DNA of 64,000 nucleotides. It comes from Tubulanus polymorphus (taxonomy: Eukaryota; Animalia; Nemertea). Both the position numbers and the translations under genes were made by a program. This document shows positions 1 through 14,490 of this stretch, piece after piece. Each line of letters starts with the position of its first letter. Positions within the stretch are counted from its first letter, which is position 1. The stretch is from NCBI RefSeq assembly GCF_964204645.1, contig NC_134031.1, positions 3,038,001-3,102,000 on the forward strand, read 5' to 3'. A model generated the notes under the pieces. The model had not been told where the DNA came from and ran no database searches. It was given only the letters and a program-made list of their open reading frames with translations.

Positions 1-1
1 C

Positions 2-529
2 GACCAATTTGTCTCGGTCCGATTTTTGTAATTTGTGAGCCAGTCGGTCCACTCGCTCCGAATAATCATCGACTGACTCCCCTTTCTTCTGCCGAAGTCC
101 GGAGAAGTCAGTCTCCTCTCGGAGTCGCAGACTGTCCGACTCAAAGTGGTCCCTAAAAGAATTAACAATACTAGCAAATTTTGTAGATCGATCTATGACT
201 AAATCGTCATAGAACCGTCTAGCCGGACCCTCTAAATATTGGAACATGAAATTTTTACATTGGTCGTCCGTCCAACCTCTCGCTTTAGCTACATTGTCAT
301 ACGTTCGCAACCATTGCGAAAAGTCACTCCCGTTTGGTCTACCTGAAAATTTCGGGATGGAAACCACATCCCCAAGGTTTGTCGAACTACCTAGTCGTTC
401 GGCGATCAGGAGGAGTATATCTCGTTCTGACATGCTCGTCCCCGTCGACGAACCAGCCCCCGCTGTCGGGCTCTGCGGGTCGTCAATATCCTCATGAGCC
501 GTCTGACTCCTAGTACTCGGTGGCGGCAT
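2..529 (-). CDS. gag: Retrotransposon Gag (capsid) protein, N-terminal 176 aa, open to the window edge
   Basis: Manual translation (absent from the ORF track because it has no stop): MPPPSTRSQ...IPKFSGRPNGSDFSQWLRTYDNVAKARGWTDDQCKNFMFQYLEGPARRFY...FRDHF...LRQKKGESVDDYSERV. It carries the PxFxG / W / LxGxA / LxQxxxESVxxY (major homology region) pattern of Ty3/gypsy capsids. Confidence 0.92.
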   Translation of the reverse strand, partial: MPPPSTRSQTAHEDIDDPQSPTAGAGSSTGTSMSERDILLLIAERLGSSTNLGDVVSIPKFSGRPNGSDFSQWLRTYDNVAKARGWTDDQCKNFMFQYLEGPARRFYDDLVIDRSTKFASIVNSFRDHFESDSLRLREETDFSGLRQKKGESVDDYSERVDRLAHKLQKSDRDKLV

Positions 530-1382
530 ATTGAATTATAAATTAACTCGGAGAAAAGAAAGTATAAAAAAAAACAGAGTAAAACAGAATATTAAAACAG
601 AGCGTTCCTAAAAATGACCGCAACGCTAATAGTGGCTGCAATTCAAAATCTATGCAATTACAGTTTCGACACAGATTCTTATAAACCTTTCTATAAACCT
701 ATTATCCCCAATATGGGATCGATATCTACACTATCGTAAATTATTTCGCGTAGCTTTACTACCGAAAATACTATATCTTAATCTATAATTCAGTACTGAT
801 ATCAGTTATCAACACTATACCCTCAATATCGGAAACAAAATCATCGATATTGGATTTCATTTAAACCATATCCCTTCTCCTCAGTATCGGAATTTCCCGT
901 CAATACTGGAATGTCACCATCAATATTGGAATATCACATCAACATTGGAATCTATCGTTAACTATTTAATTATTCCAAAATACTGGAATTTTCCATCAGC
1001 ATCGGAACATTAGCTTGACTGTTCAACTCTTCGTACTACCTAAACCATTAATTAACAAAATACTCAGTACTGAGCGACAACCTCGGTGACATATATCAAA
1101 ATATCATCACAATAGGTAACTATATGTATTTTTAAAAACCTTCTATTGCGGTGCATATAGCTACCCATATCAATAAAAAATAACCTAAAAAATAATTTAT
1201 ATCAAACCAGTAGTAATTAGAATTCAATTCCTAATTAAATCATCAATTAAAATAATAAATCGCTATACCATAATCACTAATTAATCAAAATACTCATTCT
1301 CTAATAAACAATTAACCCTTCTGTAAACTTTAAGTAAATAATCTTATCTAACTATCTGACTGAATAAAAAAATAACTAAAGG

Positions 1383-1400
1383 TCCCGGGTTTCGGCACCA
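1383..1400 (-). promoter_or_regulatory. Primer-binding site complementary to the tRNA-Phe 3' end
   Basis: Plus-strand TCCCGGGTTTCGGCACCA equals the last 18 nt (with CCA) of metazoan tRNA-Phe(GAA) as I recall it. It lies 4 nt inside the LTR end. Confidence 0.85.
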
Positions 1401-1404
1401 AATC

Positions 1405-2158
1405 TGTTATGCGGCCCGAAGAAGGAACCGAAATATCGTGGGAGAGCGTATCCTTCCTCAGCTCCGCACAACGACACAAATTGAATTTGACCCGAGACCA
1501 AAAATAAATAAACGACTAAGATGCAAATACTTCGAATATAAATACTCACAACTATTTATTATGTTACTTTCGTCTTTCCTATTTATCGACACCTTTTACA
1601 ATTTCGGGTTCTAGTTCCTTCCCCTCTTGGTTTCCCAGGTGCTCTCCGACTAGTTCAGCTATGTCTCTTATTTTTATACTATCCAAAATTTGGTTTCCAA
1701 GGGACTATTCTCGTGACCAACGCCACCGCATTTGGGGAGGGCCGACGACTAACCTCGGGACCTGATTCGCCCACCAGGCCCCCAAGAATTAATGTTCTTA
1801 GCAACCTGGTTAAGAAACAAGCCCGGAGTTGTCTCGGTTTCCAAACACGTAGACGTTGACACTTGACTAATCCCTTAGGATTTTTCTATTGTCTTGAAAA
1901 CTAACTCCAAAATATTTCTTATTAATCCGAGACATAAACTGAACTAGTAACAAAGGCAAACAACATTAAATGACCGCAAAGCCAAAACTTGCCCGTTTAT
2001 GAATTCCTAGTAAACAATAACAAATCTACATTGAAAAACCCATTAGTAAAACATGCCCGTTCTGGATTTCCTAGTGAATAGAGTTGTATGCATTGTGAAC
2101 ATACAACTGCTATTGAACTATGCATGTTTTATAAATATAAAAATTGGCTATCATAACA
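1405..2158 (-). repeat. 5' LTR (754 bp)
   Basis: Bounded by the 7-bp inverted termini TGTTATG...CATAACA. Minus-strand TATAAAA at 1678-1672 and AATAAA at 1560-1555. Adjacent to the PBS. Confidence 0.88.
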
Positions 2159-5100
2159 GTACGGTTACCATGACGTGGACGGGTATTTTTAAACATACCT
2201 TGCTCTACTGAATTAGAAAAAAAAGTCGCAGTAAATTGATCGTTGCTAATTATTACAGTGAAAAATAGCTCGCTATTCTTTGCGTCGATCGATACTTTTC
2301 CCTCTTACGCGAATCAAGTTAATCTCCACATTTCGGACCTCACAACGTTCAATTTTGGTTACTAAGATTTCGTTTCAATTCCAAAATCCCGGCATCATGC
2401 ATTCTAGGTATTCTGGTAAAATTTAAAAGTTCTCGAGTACCCACTACAACACGACCTTGACCTCGTCAAGTGACGCAGAAATATAGGGGTTCGAACCGTT
2501 CGATTCTCGCGCAGTGGGCGGACTAGATCGGAATCCTCTATGACGACGGAATCTTCGAGCAGCATCGGTATCCCGCGTATGAACGCAATATCAAATAGAC
2601 GACGTGTCAAGGTCATTCCCGTTGTAATCGAGGATGACGGCGCTTTAATTGGAAATTCATCAGAAGCAGTGCCATGAAGAACTGGCGTGCGACACATTGC
2701 GTCCCTTTAATATTACAACTCAATGTATAGCTCATCCCCTCCCGCCCCCCCCCCTCTCTCACCATCTCTCTCGCGTTGTAGTTCTCTCTACGGCAAGTCG
2801 TCACAAACCGACACATCAAGCGTATTATCCTATTCAATCGTTCGAGTAATGATATTTTTTCTCGTAAGGGAAAACGCTTCTCGCAGCGATGCCAGGAAAA
2901 ACATATCTATATATCGGAAAATTCTCTTTCATATCGGACTTACGTTCCCGCGGCCCCGAGGGTCGTAAGACAAGATCCAATGATCTGGCTTCAATTAATA
3001 AACCGGTCCAATAAACCGAGTCCAACATCCTAAGTATATGAAACCATGGTTTTCAGTGACAAACAGTGTTTGCGGACGATCAATTGGAAATTAAAAAAAC
3101 CCATAGAAATATCAAAGAAATTGATGGCTAGATACATACCAACAAAACGTCAATGCATTCAACGATAAATACAGTTGACGGATCAGTTGGGGCTGATTGA
3201 ATCCACCCGGTTTATGTAAAAATCGGGATTACGCGTCTCATGTACATGGTGGACCGTAAACTATTTCGTAAAAATATCACGATTGGATGAAAATCCGGAT
3301 TAGACTAATCTGCGGATTAAGCTGTTTCCGACTGAACATTGTAATTTGGAATATTTTTTTTTTCGGTTAAATTGTTGGTTTTTACCGATTACATTTTTCA
3401 GGGATAATCGCGTAGTTCAACAGTAATTTCTGCCGACTCGTAGCAGGTAATTCTGTTTGTAGTCGTGGAACTGTAAATACAGCCGCGCGGCGGTCTACTA
3501 CGACGACAACGACGAATGGAATGAGGCACTAAACCTTGGCGCGCGCGAGTAATGCTGAAAATTAATTCTACAACATCATCAAATAAGTGCGCGGCGTTAT
3601 AACGCAATTAGCGGCCTTGTTACTGAAATAAAAAGCTCGATAATTCCCAATTTTAGACTCGGTACATGACGTTTAGCCGGCCATGTACGGTCTCCGGGGA
3701 TGAAAGATAAATATTCAAGAGTAATGTTGTAATGTGGCAGACCCCCGTGTTGTTGTTGCATGTGTTCGATAATGATCATTAATTGGATTTCTAAATCCTG
3801 CCGTATTGAACACACGAAATCCATCGGGATTTAAACGACTCAAATCGTCGCCGCCATTTTGGAATTGACGGACGTATGCATGCGTACATACGCAATGCAT
3901 AGATATAAGCGAACGAGAATGCCGACTCCTCAAATATCCGCCAGGTGCCGCTAGTAAGTCCCGACGACCCTATTTTCAACGAAAAAACGAATTATTTAGA
4001 AAACAAAGTTTCTCAATTCCTCAATTTGATGTTGTTTTTTTTCCTTAGCTACCTTTGACAAGTCCTCGACCCCCGATTACTGTCAACCCAACGATGACTT
4101 GCTTAGCTTACAGAAGTCTTGCACATAGCCGTGCGATCTTTTTCGACGTGACTAAGCCAGATTGGTTGGCAAACACAACATAGGATTTACATGACAGACC
4201 GTCGAAGTTTATAAATCCGCTGATTATCTTTTGTTGTAATGTTCGACAAGCCCCCATCGCTGGTTGGCAAACAAAGACGTCACATGCAAGATCTACCCAA
4301 AATCACTCCGCGGTGCGACGCACAACGCGGTCACCATCGGGTTTGACAATTTCAGTCGGTGACCTTGAAGACAAATGTCGAACGATTGTCCAGAAATAGA
4401 ATGTAAATAACGTCCATATTTATGTTTCTTCCAGCCGCAACACGTAGACGTCTGGTCTGCTACAGGTAGTTCCAGTAATTCGCGTCTATGGATAGAAGCA
4501 GTTTTTGTTGTTGGCTTCGTGTATTTCACCAATAAACCATCGCACATTCGATGGATGATACGCGTATATTAAAGTATAATTCTATAGACAAAGGAATTTA
4601 TTTTCAATATGAAAAACATTTGTATATATACACGTATATATTATAATATATATATATTTATATTTATGTTATCATTATCAACGTTTGTTTATAATCTTTA
4701 CATATTACAATAATTTTTGAATGGTTTAGTATATTTTGATCTACACGGAGTTGAAAAACGTGAAAATTAAAATCGTGTTTTTTTTATTTAGAAAAAAATG
4801 TGGTATTATTATCGGTAGCGGGGAACTATCGGAGCCGTCCCCGTCCAGTCCAGTAGGCGGGACATTACGCAATTCGAAAATGAAAACGATTATGATAATA
4901 ACTAGATGATGATGATAATTAACGCTATCATCGCAAGTGTATATGTTCGTCACAGTTACAAGCGGAGCTGTTAATTTAACCGTTTTAAAAATTGATGAAA
5001 CGTACACATTTACAATGCTCGCGAAATAACACTTATGTAATATCGTTAGTCGATAAAGCAAGTATTTCCGACGTTCAAGTATATTACGTTATGCTAGATA

Positions 5101-5247
5101 TTATAGACAGCATGGAGCTAGGCCTAAAACCTGTTTTAGAAAAAATGCCGCATACTAACACAGCCCAGATGAGAGCCGTGCCATCGTGCACGCGATTCAC
5201 CAAATTCTCAAATATATAGACTTTATAAACGTTTTAAGCAAAAACAG

Positions 5248-5354
5248 GGTCCAGTTCCACTGTTCTGGGTTAATTTTGACTCTGAATTAACTCATTGAAA
5301 ATTGACTAACTTTAACACAGAGTTAACTCTAACCCACAACTGTGGAACTGGGTC
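5248..5354. mobile_element. About 110-bp MITE family A (PIF/Harbinger-like), copy 1
   Basis: TIRs GGTCCAGTTCCAC / GTGGAACTGGGTC flanked by CAG on both sides. Homologous copies at about 13030-13137, 20796-20896 and 43413-43500. Confidence 0.75.
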
Positions 5355-5652
5355 CAGGCAGGGAGATTTTATAAGTGAAAGATTCGTTCTTTTTCCACCG
5401 AACACATGTCTGTGTATATACGCTACCTAAAGCTGGGCACACCATCACATCGCTCCCAAGATCTAAGCAGCTCAGATTTATACCGAACGATTCAGACAAA
5501 GCGAACAGAGACATTCATCATTTTCATTCCAACCGATTCAGATCATTCGATCACGCTACATCGCTACATACGCGCGCAAAGTCTACTGATTCATTCATCT
5601 TCCTAAGGCATGAAAACAAACTTCGACAGTCGTTCTGGCTAGCACAGTCAAG

Positions 5653-5883
5653 GCGAACTCCGGGTTTTGTCGTTTAGTCGACTAATGGTCGGAGCTGATA
5701 ACCGAACGCACTATAATTCGGTCGTAACGCATTTCAGAGTCGGCCATTTTGTAACTAGGTCCGAACTACAGCGACCGTGCTCCGTTGCGTGGTTCAATGT
5801 TTCCGGACTATAGTCCCGACTAACTGACATTCGGTTTTACTTAGATCGCGAAAAGTCGACTTACTCCGATAACCGAAGTTCGC
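5653..5883. mobile_element. About 230-bp MITE family B, copy 1
   Basis: TIRs GCGAACTCCGG / CCGAAGTTCGC. Internal sequence is shared with copies at about 7850-8077 (+), 19715-19920 (-) and 44265-44490 (-). Confidence 0.75.
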
Positions 5884-7092
5884 ACTATCTGATATAATGT
5901 ATATCTCGGAGAAAGCAATTTAAAAAAAAATGAATTTCAAGTTAGCAAGAAAAATGATTTCCCGAAATTCTCGTAGTTAAAGCTCAACGATTAATAAATA
6001 CCTCGTAAAATCAGTGAAATTGATAAGAATAGTGGAACTCGATTTTCTTGGTAAAAATAATATGTATTATTCATTCGAACTAGCATAACGTTACATTTCG
6101 ATGGAGATATTTAGGGTTCATTTTGTTCAACCCGATATGCGTACATGTAATGTAATATCCTATTAAGACCATCTCAAATTAGACTACTTTCCCAAGTAAT
6201 CGCGTGGTGCATTCAAGTCTTCTCGAGTTGGTGGTTAGGCTGGCGGGGGTTGAAGTGCTGGTATATACTTCATGCAAATCGACGAGGCTCGGGCGTTAAC
6301 GAGTATAAACGGCGTCACAATATACAAACATGGCATATTCCTCCTACAAATCCGCCGCATACACAGATCCGAGATGCATTTACGAACGAATGCAATCGAT
6401 TATCATTAAGGCGACATGTCTGGGGGGATGTAAACATAAATCATAATACAAAACATTCATTCGGAATCACAGATCCAACATACAAGCAAATAGACACTTA
6501 AAACGCTTGATTTGATATATGCGTGGCCATAACGTCTAATTCGTCCGTCATTCGCCATCATATCACAAATTAGATCGACGTGTGCGCGGTGGATTTAACT
6601 TTGTTTATAGATATTAAATGGAATAGACTTACTACAGCGTATGTATGTTTATATGTATATATGTATGTGTATATGTACACGTATATGCGATTAAAATTTA
6701 CGGATATCAAATCTGCATTTTCAAATTCACAAGGAGATGATACAAAAAATGATGATATAATATATATAACGTCTTTTGGTCGATTAAGAAACGTTCTGCA
6801 CAAGACACTTATGCGCGTAGAGATATTCCATGTTTTTTTTCTCATTGCAATAACGATCAAAGCAACATCTTTCCTTTGAACAGAAGTCCGTCTATTAATT
6901 CAAATCTGTTTGATCAACCCTAATCTGCTTGCTAAAACGAATTGACAATTCGTTATGGCAGTCTATGGCCAGAGACCGATACGCTGCATCGTTGCGTAAT
7001 ACGTTTCGCTGTAACCATTAACCGTATTCGAACAACGACTCTTTTAAATCGTAAAGCACCATCAACTTTATCTCAATAACGACATTCGTCCA

Positions 7093-7646
<554 letters not shown>

Positions 7647-7849
7647 CTGTAAAATATAAAACATTTGCTCATTATATGCGGCGCTTGTGAAGATAGGCTA
7701 ACCGTGGGTGGAAAATGATGGTTTTAAATAATATCGAAATGAAAATGTCATTAGTTCATTTCAACTTTGGGGAATTGGGAAACCGATTTTACTATTTCAA
7801 TCTAGGAATTCATCTTATCGCAAGCTATGGTCCACAAGGATGAACATCA

Positions 7850-8077
7850 GTACGTTTTCGTTAGTTGTCGACAATTATTCGGAGATAATAATCGAACGCA
7901 CTTTAGTTCGGTCTTACCGCATTTCACAGTGTCGGCCATGTTAGGTCCGAACTAACAGCGGCCGTGCTCAACCGCGTAGTCGACTCAACTGCTATGTCCG
8001 GACTATAGTTCCGACTTACTGACATTCGGTTTAACTTAGTTCGCGAATAGTCGACTAACTTCGATAACCGAAGTTCG
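7850..8077. mobile_element. MITE family B, copy 2
   Basis: Colinear similarity to 5653-5883, for example ccggactatagt-ccgact...gacattcggtt...gataaccgaagttcg. Confidence 0.75.
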
Positions 8078-11000
8078 TCCATAGGCTCGCTGATAGTTAC
8101 TCGGTCGCTGCGGTCTCATAAAAATTGAAACGTTAATGATATCAGGCGGCGTATCTAATATGTATAATTTATTGTCCATCTCTCATCGTATTATCGAACG
8201 TAAAGACGTGTTTGCATTATAAAGGCAGCGGCAGCCTTGCTGAGACGCCTCCATGGTGACACGGAAGTAACCGGTGGTTGCCATGGCCAGAGATGGGCAT
8301 TGGAAGATAGCTGTCGGTGGTGGGATGCAGCGCATCCGTTGATATATCGGTTTTCATTTAGCCGGTTTACCGGTTCCCCACTCCATCACCGACCGATGCT
8401 GCAGCGATATTTTTCTGCCGAGTCTATTAGTTGAATGGGAAATGCATTTACATTCGCTAACAGTATCCGAATCGACACCATTTCGAAGCATCGGCCGCAG
8501 AATAGTTCCACACGATACATATGGTAATGACAATGAACATTTGCGAGGGATCGCATTATATGCAATCCGTATATCTAGGGATTACTTCCATTTATGACAT
8601 CTATTTCGGCAAATGCCGGTCAGAATCATAATCCAGCTATATTAGCGGTAAATTATCGCCCGGTTTACTCGAAATGTTCACTAAGGTTAATCTCAAGCGG
8701 TTTCGTGGAAATGTTTAAGGCTGAAATCGGTTTAGTTTGAATTGTTGCCGGCATCAAAAACCTGAAGTTACAAATAGCAATCAAAGCGAGCATTTGAGTT
8801 TGACTTTTTGCGAAACTGTAAAAGTTAATAAAGTTGATGTATATTACTATTTATTTGATTTGGGATGTTTATTTTGGACATAAAAGCCACACTCTGGTAC
8901 ACCCCTCATATACGAGGTAACCAATGAAAGCCACTAATACTGTTAAAAAAATTAACTGGATATGATTCCCTTGTCGCGCAAGCATTACCGAATCGCGTTA
9001 GGCAAAATATTGGGCCTAATTTACTGAACGCAAAAACCGGAATTGAAATTGATCCACAGAATTCCCTGGGCCGCAAACATCTCTACAGATGCCGTCACTA
9101 ATTGTTCGTCGGATCATGAAATATTCAACCGACGCTCCGACACAGAACAAAAGGCAATTTTCCGGCAATATTGTTAATTTAGCCGGCTCTAAAACCTATA
9201 GTTCGCTCATAATTTGTCTTGACAAATGCGTCCCCAGCATCATAGCTATTCTTATACTGTGCCACGAACACTGAATTCTGGACCTTCGTTCCAAAGTCGT
9301 GACTTCAAATCTTAGCCTTAAGTCGTTAGATTGCCTATACAACTAAGAAGGCTTTAATCTCGTTTTAAATCTAAGTCATTACTGTGCAAATTACCCCAAT
9401 TAGACCCTACTATCTTGAAGGTATTTTTGCAACAAATTCCATTTAAATTCAAACACGCTATAGTGCGGTCGCTTCTTCGGATCCGCGCATTTTCAATAAG
9501 AGTGGTTTATTTTTCTCATCCGATTTTTCAATTTGATGGTTCTTGATTCGAATAATACATAAACGATATCATCGAGGCATATTTCTTATCTTAGACGAGG
9601 AGCATCAAATGTAATTAAGCAGTCAACACTTTTTGACTTTCTTAGTGTAATTAAAAAGTTTAAAAAAAACGAAAAACTGCCAGGGACGAGCAATGGGAAT
9701 GTTCGGGTACGAACGAGGAATTGCGCTGTATCACTCTTCGTTATTGCTAAACATGATTTATAAATCATGATGACATTTTAATTGCATAATAATAGCTCAT
9801 TTCCAGCGTCGGCGACACTTTCGAAGTCATTAATCTATATGCGAGCATCTTCCCGCAAACGAGCGAAATGATTGCGTCGTCTGACAAGACGCTTGATACG
9901 TGCACCTCGCTTTATCGCGGATAGCTCAATATAATGATGGAATAAGTCTCGACAACTTAACCCGTCGTCGCTGTTAATTATTTTGTCGTCGTATCGACTT
10001 TTCAATTTTCTTCACGGTTGGAATTCTGGATTTCTAGAGTTTAATTAGACTTCGGAATGAAACATTTTGTCCTAGATATCTTTTAATATCCGAACCGCAT
10101 GCACGAAGACTAATGTAGCTCATCAATGGATTCCGTTCATTTATATTCTTTTCTAGTTCATCGAAATCTTTTGATTACACACAGTGTAATCCTCCCCGAG
10201 CAGCTCATGTCACATTTCACGAATTGCTGTATACAGCATATAGAATATCGTATTGAATCGTGTTGGGCTCGTACGCATTTACGATCTACGGCCAAATTCC
10301 CACAGTGTCGCGACTCAAGCCTACGCACACAGCAAGAACAAACCTCGAAACAAGAAACACTTTATGCGTTTTGTTGTTTAGATCGTCTGCTATCGCACAC
10401 GATGAAACAAGGATCGTACCTTAAAGCCCAACGCACACGACATAGGGAAACACGAAAAAACATCTTCTGTTTCCTCCATACATTGTGCGCGCGTTGGCCT
10501 TTGATAAATCAGTTTACGAATTAAAGCAAAATATAGTTTAAAACCAACAGACAAACTCGGTTGATAGTGGTGAATTCTCAGCTTCAATATAACCGGGTTC
10601 TCAATTGGACAGAGGTAGAGTTTATCATTAGGGATTTGGTATTAAGATCGTTGGTTTATTCATTAATGCTTCGCATGAATAAATCACGAATTGACTGTCA
10701 CTCCCGGGTTTAATTAACGTTGTACATTATTTGCAAGATAATTAACTTAATCGGGGGAGTAGTCAGTGCTTATCAGCGATGAGAACCCTGCGTTCGACTG
10801 TGGCAATCGAGTATTCCGCTTGTGGCAAACGAGGATCCACCAGGTGGCGTTAGTGTGCATTCGGACGTCAAGTCCAAGTTCACAAATTCTAGGAATGGTG
10901 AGTAAAATCAGGCTTTATAAAATCAAGAGACCAAGATTTGCCTAATTCCTGATGTGGGAGGCTAAAACTCTAGATTTAATACATCGAAAGATAGTTATCG

Positions 11001-11662
11001 TATGATACGCACGCCATCTAGTGGGATAACTGGCGGCAGGTCGCTTTGAACTTCCGCGATGGGGTTATAAATACGACGACCCCCTTACGGAAATGATTAC
11101 CCCGTCAATTGAAGCACGCGCGTCTTTAAATAGATTTCCTCTTGTGAAATTGTCTCTAACAATAACCATCATATTCTGCTTATAGTCATAGATATATAGA
11201 CAGAGAGGAATAGATTAAGACTTCATCGATCGGGACGCGGACGTCGCTCCGGACAAACGGATACATATAATGAAATTATTCGGTCATTTGATATAAAACT
11301 ACGCGTAATAAGACGCTTTATTCACGGCCATTACCTAACGAACGAATGGACTTCACGCCGCCGAAGACACAGGCCGATTGTATATACGGCCGGTCAGCTC
11401 GTATGTATGCGCCTGGAATAACTAATTAGAAATCCCCCGAAACGCGGATGATTTATTACTCTCAACCCGCCTTTGGCATCGCGCGATCGAGAAATGTCGA
11501 ATTGACCGCGGAACGACTTGCGATCCAAGGACAACAACAACAACAACCACTAAATCCTGCGATTGCGGAGTATATTTCTTATTATGATAACTTTTCCTTG
11601 GAATTCAAGTTTTTTATTTCTCCTCAACGCAACTCAACGCAACTTGAATATAAACCAATGAA

Positions 11663-12185
11663 CCGCAACACCAGCTAGCTGGCCTGACGAGCACTACAAC
11701 CCCAGATAGCTGGCCCACGAGCACTACAACACCAGATAGCTGGCCCACGAACACTACAACACCAGATAGCTGGCCCACGAGCACTACAACCCCAGATAGC
11801 TGGCCCACGAACACTACAACACCAGATAGCTGGCCCACGAGCACTACAACGCCAGAAATAGCTGGCCCACCAGATAGCTGGCTTGATGAGCACTGCAACA
11901 CCAGATAGCTGGCCCACGAGCACTACAACACCGGCTAGCTGGCCCACGAACACTACAACCCCAGATAGCTGGCCTACGAACACTACAACACCAGATAGCT
12001 GGCCCACGAACACTACAACACCAGATAGCTGGCCCACGAGCACTACAACGCCAGAAATAGCTGGCCCACCAGATAGCTGGCTTGATGAGCACTGCAACAC
12101 CAGCTAGCCGGCTTCATGAGCACTACAACACCAGCTAGCTGGCTTGATGAGCACTACAACACCAGCTAGCTGGCTTGATGAGCAC
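11663..12185. repeat. 30-bp minisatellite (GCACTACAACACCAGATAGCTGGCCCACGA) with a 199-bp higher-order duplication
   Basis: About 17 units. The variant block gccagaaatagctggcccaccagatagctggcttgatgag recurs at about 11851 and 12050. It lies in the intron of the four-TM gene. Confidence 0.93.
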
Positions 12186-13029
12186 TCGGTCTTGCGTTAT
12201 CGAAAATTAATTCATTATCAATCAACTTTGAATTGATCTTTAGACTCCCGAATCCATATATCACCTTCACAGGACCCACTAGAAATAAATCAAATTCATT
12301 GTTCTTTTCAGTGCTTGGTATAATTTTCATTAATAATTGATTTATTCGAGAGAAAACTTCATCACATTTCAACTGAAATGTAGACGAAATGGAATCTGGG
12401 AGACCGAACAACAACTAGTGACACCTGGCGGATCTTTGCGTGCCACGAGTGAAATCCCCGATTGCCACAGTAGCGTTGGAGGTTCCTCATTCCTTTCGCG
12501 GCGTTATTTTCTATAAACTAAAATGGACAGATTTTGGTAATGAGTTTCTAATGGTGAAATAGATTGCGCGTCAACACAGTTAGTTATGTTTTATTCATGG
12601 ATTTCATTAACGGCTTCGGGATATGAAAAATATTTCCCCCGGGTATCTTTTTCTCTCAGCCGCTACATCCAGTATTAGTGCAGTGTGCAGCTAATCTATA
12701 TCCAAAATTATCATACCGTGTTTGATTCGATTCTATTTTCGGTTGTCAGTTCTAAAACCGGGCAGGTGCAAACCTAGCGAGGTAAACAGCGAAAAACATG
12801 CATAAGACGATACAATGTCAAACGTGTTACGTATGAAATGCGTTCGTTAGAACGATGTCAAACGCATTTCGTAAGGTATGAATTGGGTTTCCGAAATTGC
12901 ACAAAATAGACCAAAGTTTTGCACACGTGCTACCGTTCATTAAAAACACTATGCCCCTGTTTTAACTATATTATACGTATAGTCTCGCTATGATAACGGA
13001 AAATAGAGTCAGAAAAGTTTCAACACCAG

Positions 13030-13137
13030 GACCCAGTTCCACAGTTGTAAGTTAAGATTTGACTCGGAATTAAAACATCGAAAATAAACTAATCTTAACT
13101 CAGAGTTAACTCTAACTCACAACTGTGGAACCGGATC
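13030..13137. mobile_element. MITE family A, copy 2
   Basis: GACCCAGTTCCACAGTTG ... CAACTGTGGAACCGGATC, flanked by CAG and CTG. Confidence 0.75.
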
Positions 13138-14490
13138 CTGAATTAACGACTTGTTCAAGCAAACTCTTCGGACATGTTAAGTTTTCAAGGTTAGCGTGGA
13201 ATTCTATATCATCTGGAAGACCTGGCATTTTCTATTCGTCATAGGTCTACCAGAGACAACCATACAATGCAATGAAGATACAATATATATGCTTATGTAT
13301 CTAATACATTCAATTCTGATAACAATTTATGAAACATTTATTTTGTCCTGTTGTAACGATGATATTACAATCCGAGAGTAAATGGAAAAAGGGCCCGAAC
13401 AAGTTCGTTTAGTAAATAATTCATTTTCAGCATTCCTGGAGATGAATATTAGGATAAAGTAAAACCTTGAACAAAATCCATTAATTTAAGGAAACCTTTT
13501 CGGACTCATTGTTTTCTTTCTGCTCGTTGTATTATATTCTATACAACACTCGTTGTTGCGCCTGGCGATGGTCACTTCCTGCCCTTTCAAATTAAAATTT
13601 TTGATATCTAATATCAAATTTCGTTTTCGATATCAATAATTGGTACATATTTGGTTTTTAGTGCGCAGCGTCCGAGTGTGACTGTTATACAGCATGTTTT
13701 AATTGTAAAATTCGTCGCCTGTGTTTGCTCGGGTTGTATATGAAGTGTGCAGAAAAATCATGCAGGGCGCAACCAAGGACGCGCAATTGCCTTATTATTG
13801 AGTGTATGGCAAACAAGCGCATCGGCTTTCTTTCTTATATCCGCTCGGAAAATTATATCAGAACCATAATTAGGACTTCGAAAGCTTTTTACATAAAAAT
13901 CTACGCACTCATTATAGAACTTTCACGTATTAGATAACGCATCGACCCAACCGGCTTCCCCGACCGGTGTTACTATGGTAATCGAGGATCCAGCAGGCTC
14001 GTCGATTGAAACTCGGTCAAAACTGATTCAAAATCAAGTATAAAAGAAAACTATACAAAACACCGAGTAATTAATTACCAATCTTTCGCAATCTTATGCT
14101 GTTTATACTTGAGATTCAAGGGTCAGTAATATAGCCATGACTTAGATTTAAGACCAGTCTGGGACCATCTTAGTTCCATCGCCAATCTATCACTAAAAGA
14201 CGACTCGGTTGGGCCATGGTGCCATCTCTTATGCAGCTTGGTTCTTCTATAGGCTCTCTAACAAATTAAGACTAGTCTAATGAATAAAGGCCATAATTGG
14301 ACTTAAAGTTATGGCTGTACAACTAGACGCCTTTTACAAAACATTCATTGATTGGAAAATGAACTAAAATCGACCGCTTTTAGGCAGGGCAGATGGATTA
14401 CGGGAAATATTATATCATTAATCCGTTTCGACTTCGAGCGTTGGTTAAAACGAATTTCAACTGTTCAAATCAAATCCTCAAATATCTTAC

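Larger units (their letters stand above)
1..2158 (-). mobile_element. Ty3/gypsy LTR retrotransposon, 5' portion (LTR + PBS + leader + gag), truncated by the window edge
   Basis: On the minus strand the order is LTR (2158-1405), PBS (1400-1383), about 850-nt leader, then gag ORF (529 to the edge). This is the canonical layout. Confidence 0.93.

Noticed and set aside
246-497. Plus-strand 83-aa ORF
   Set aside because: Antisense shadow of the gag ORF.
11614-12107. Mucin-like TTTPDSWPT and hydrophobic repeat ORFs
   Set aside because: Products of an intronic 30-bp minisatellite; frames shift at variant units and no splice signals support them.
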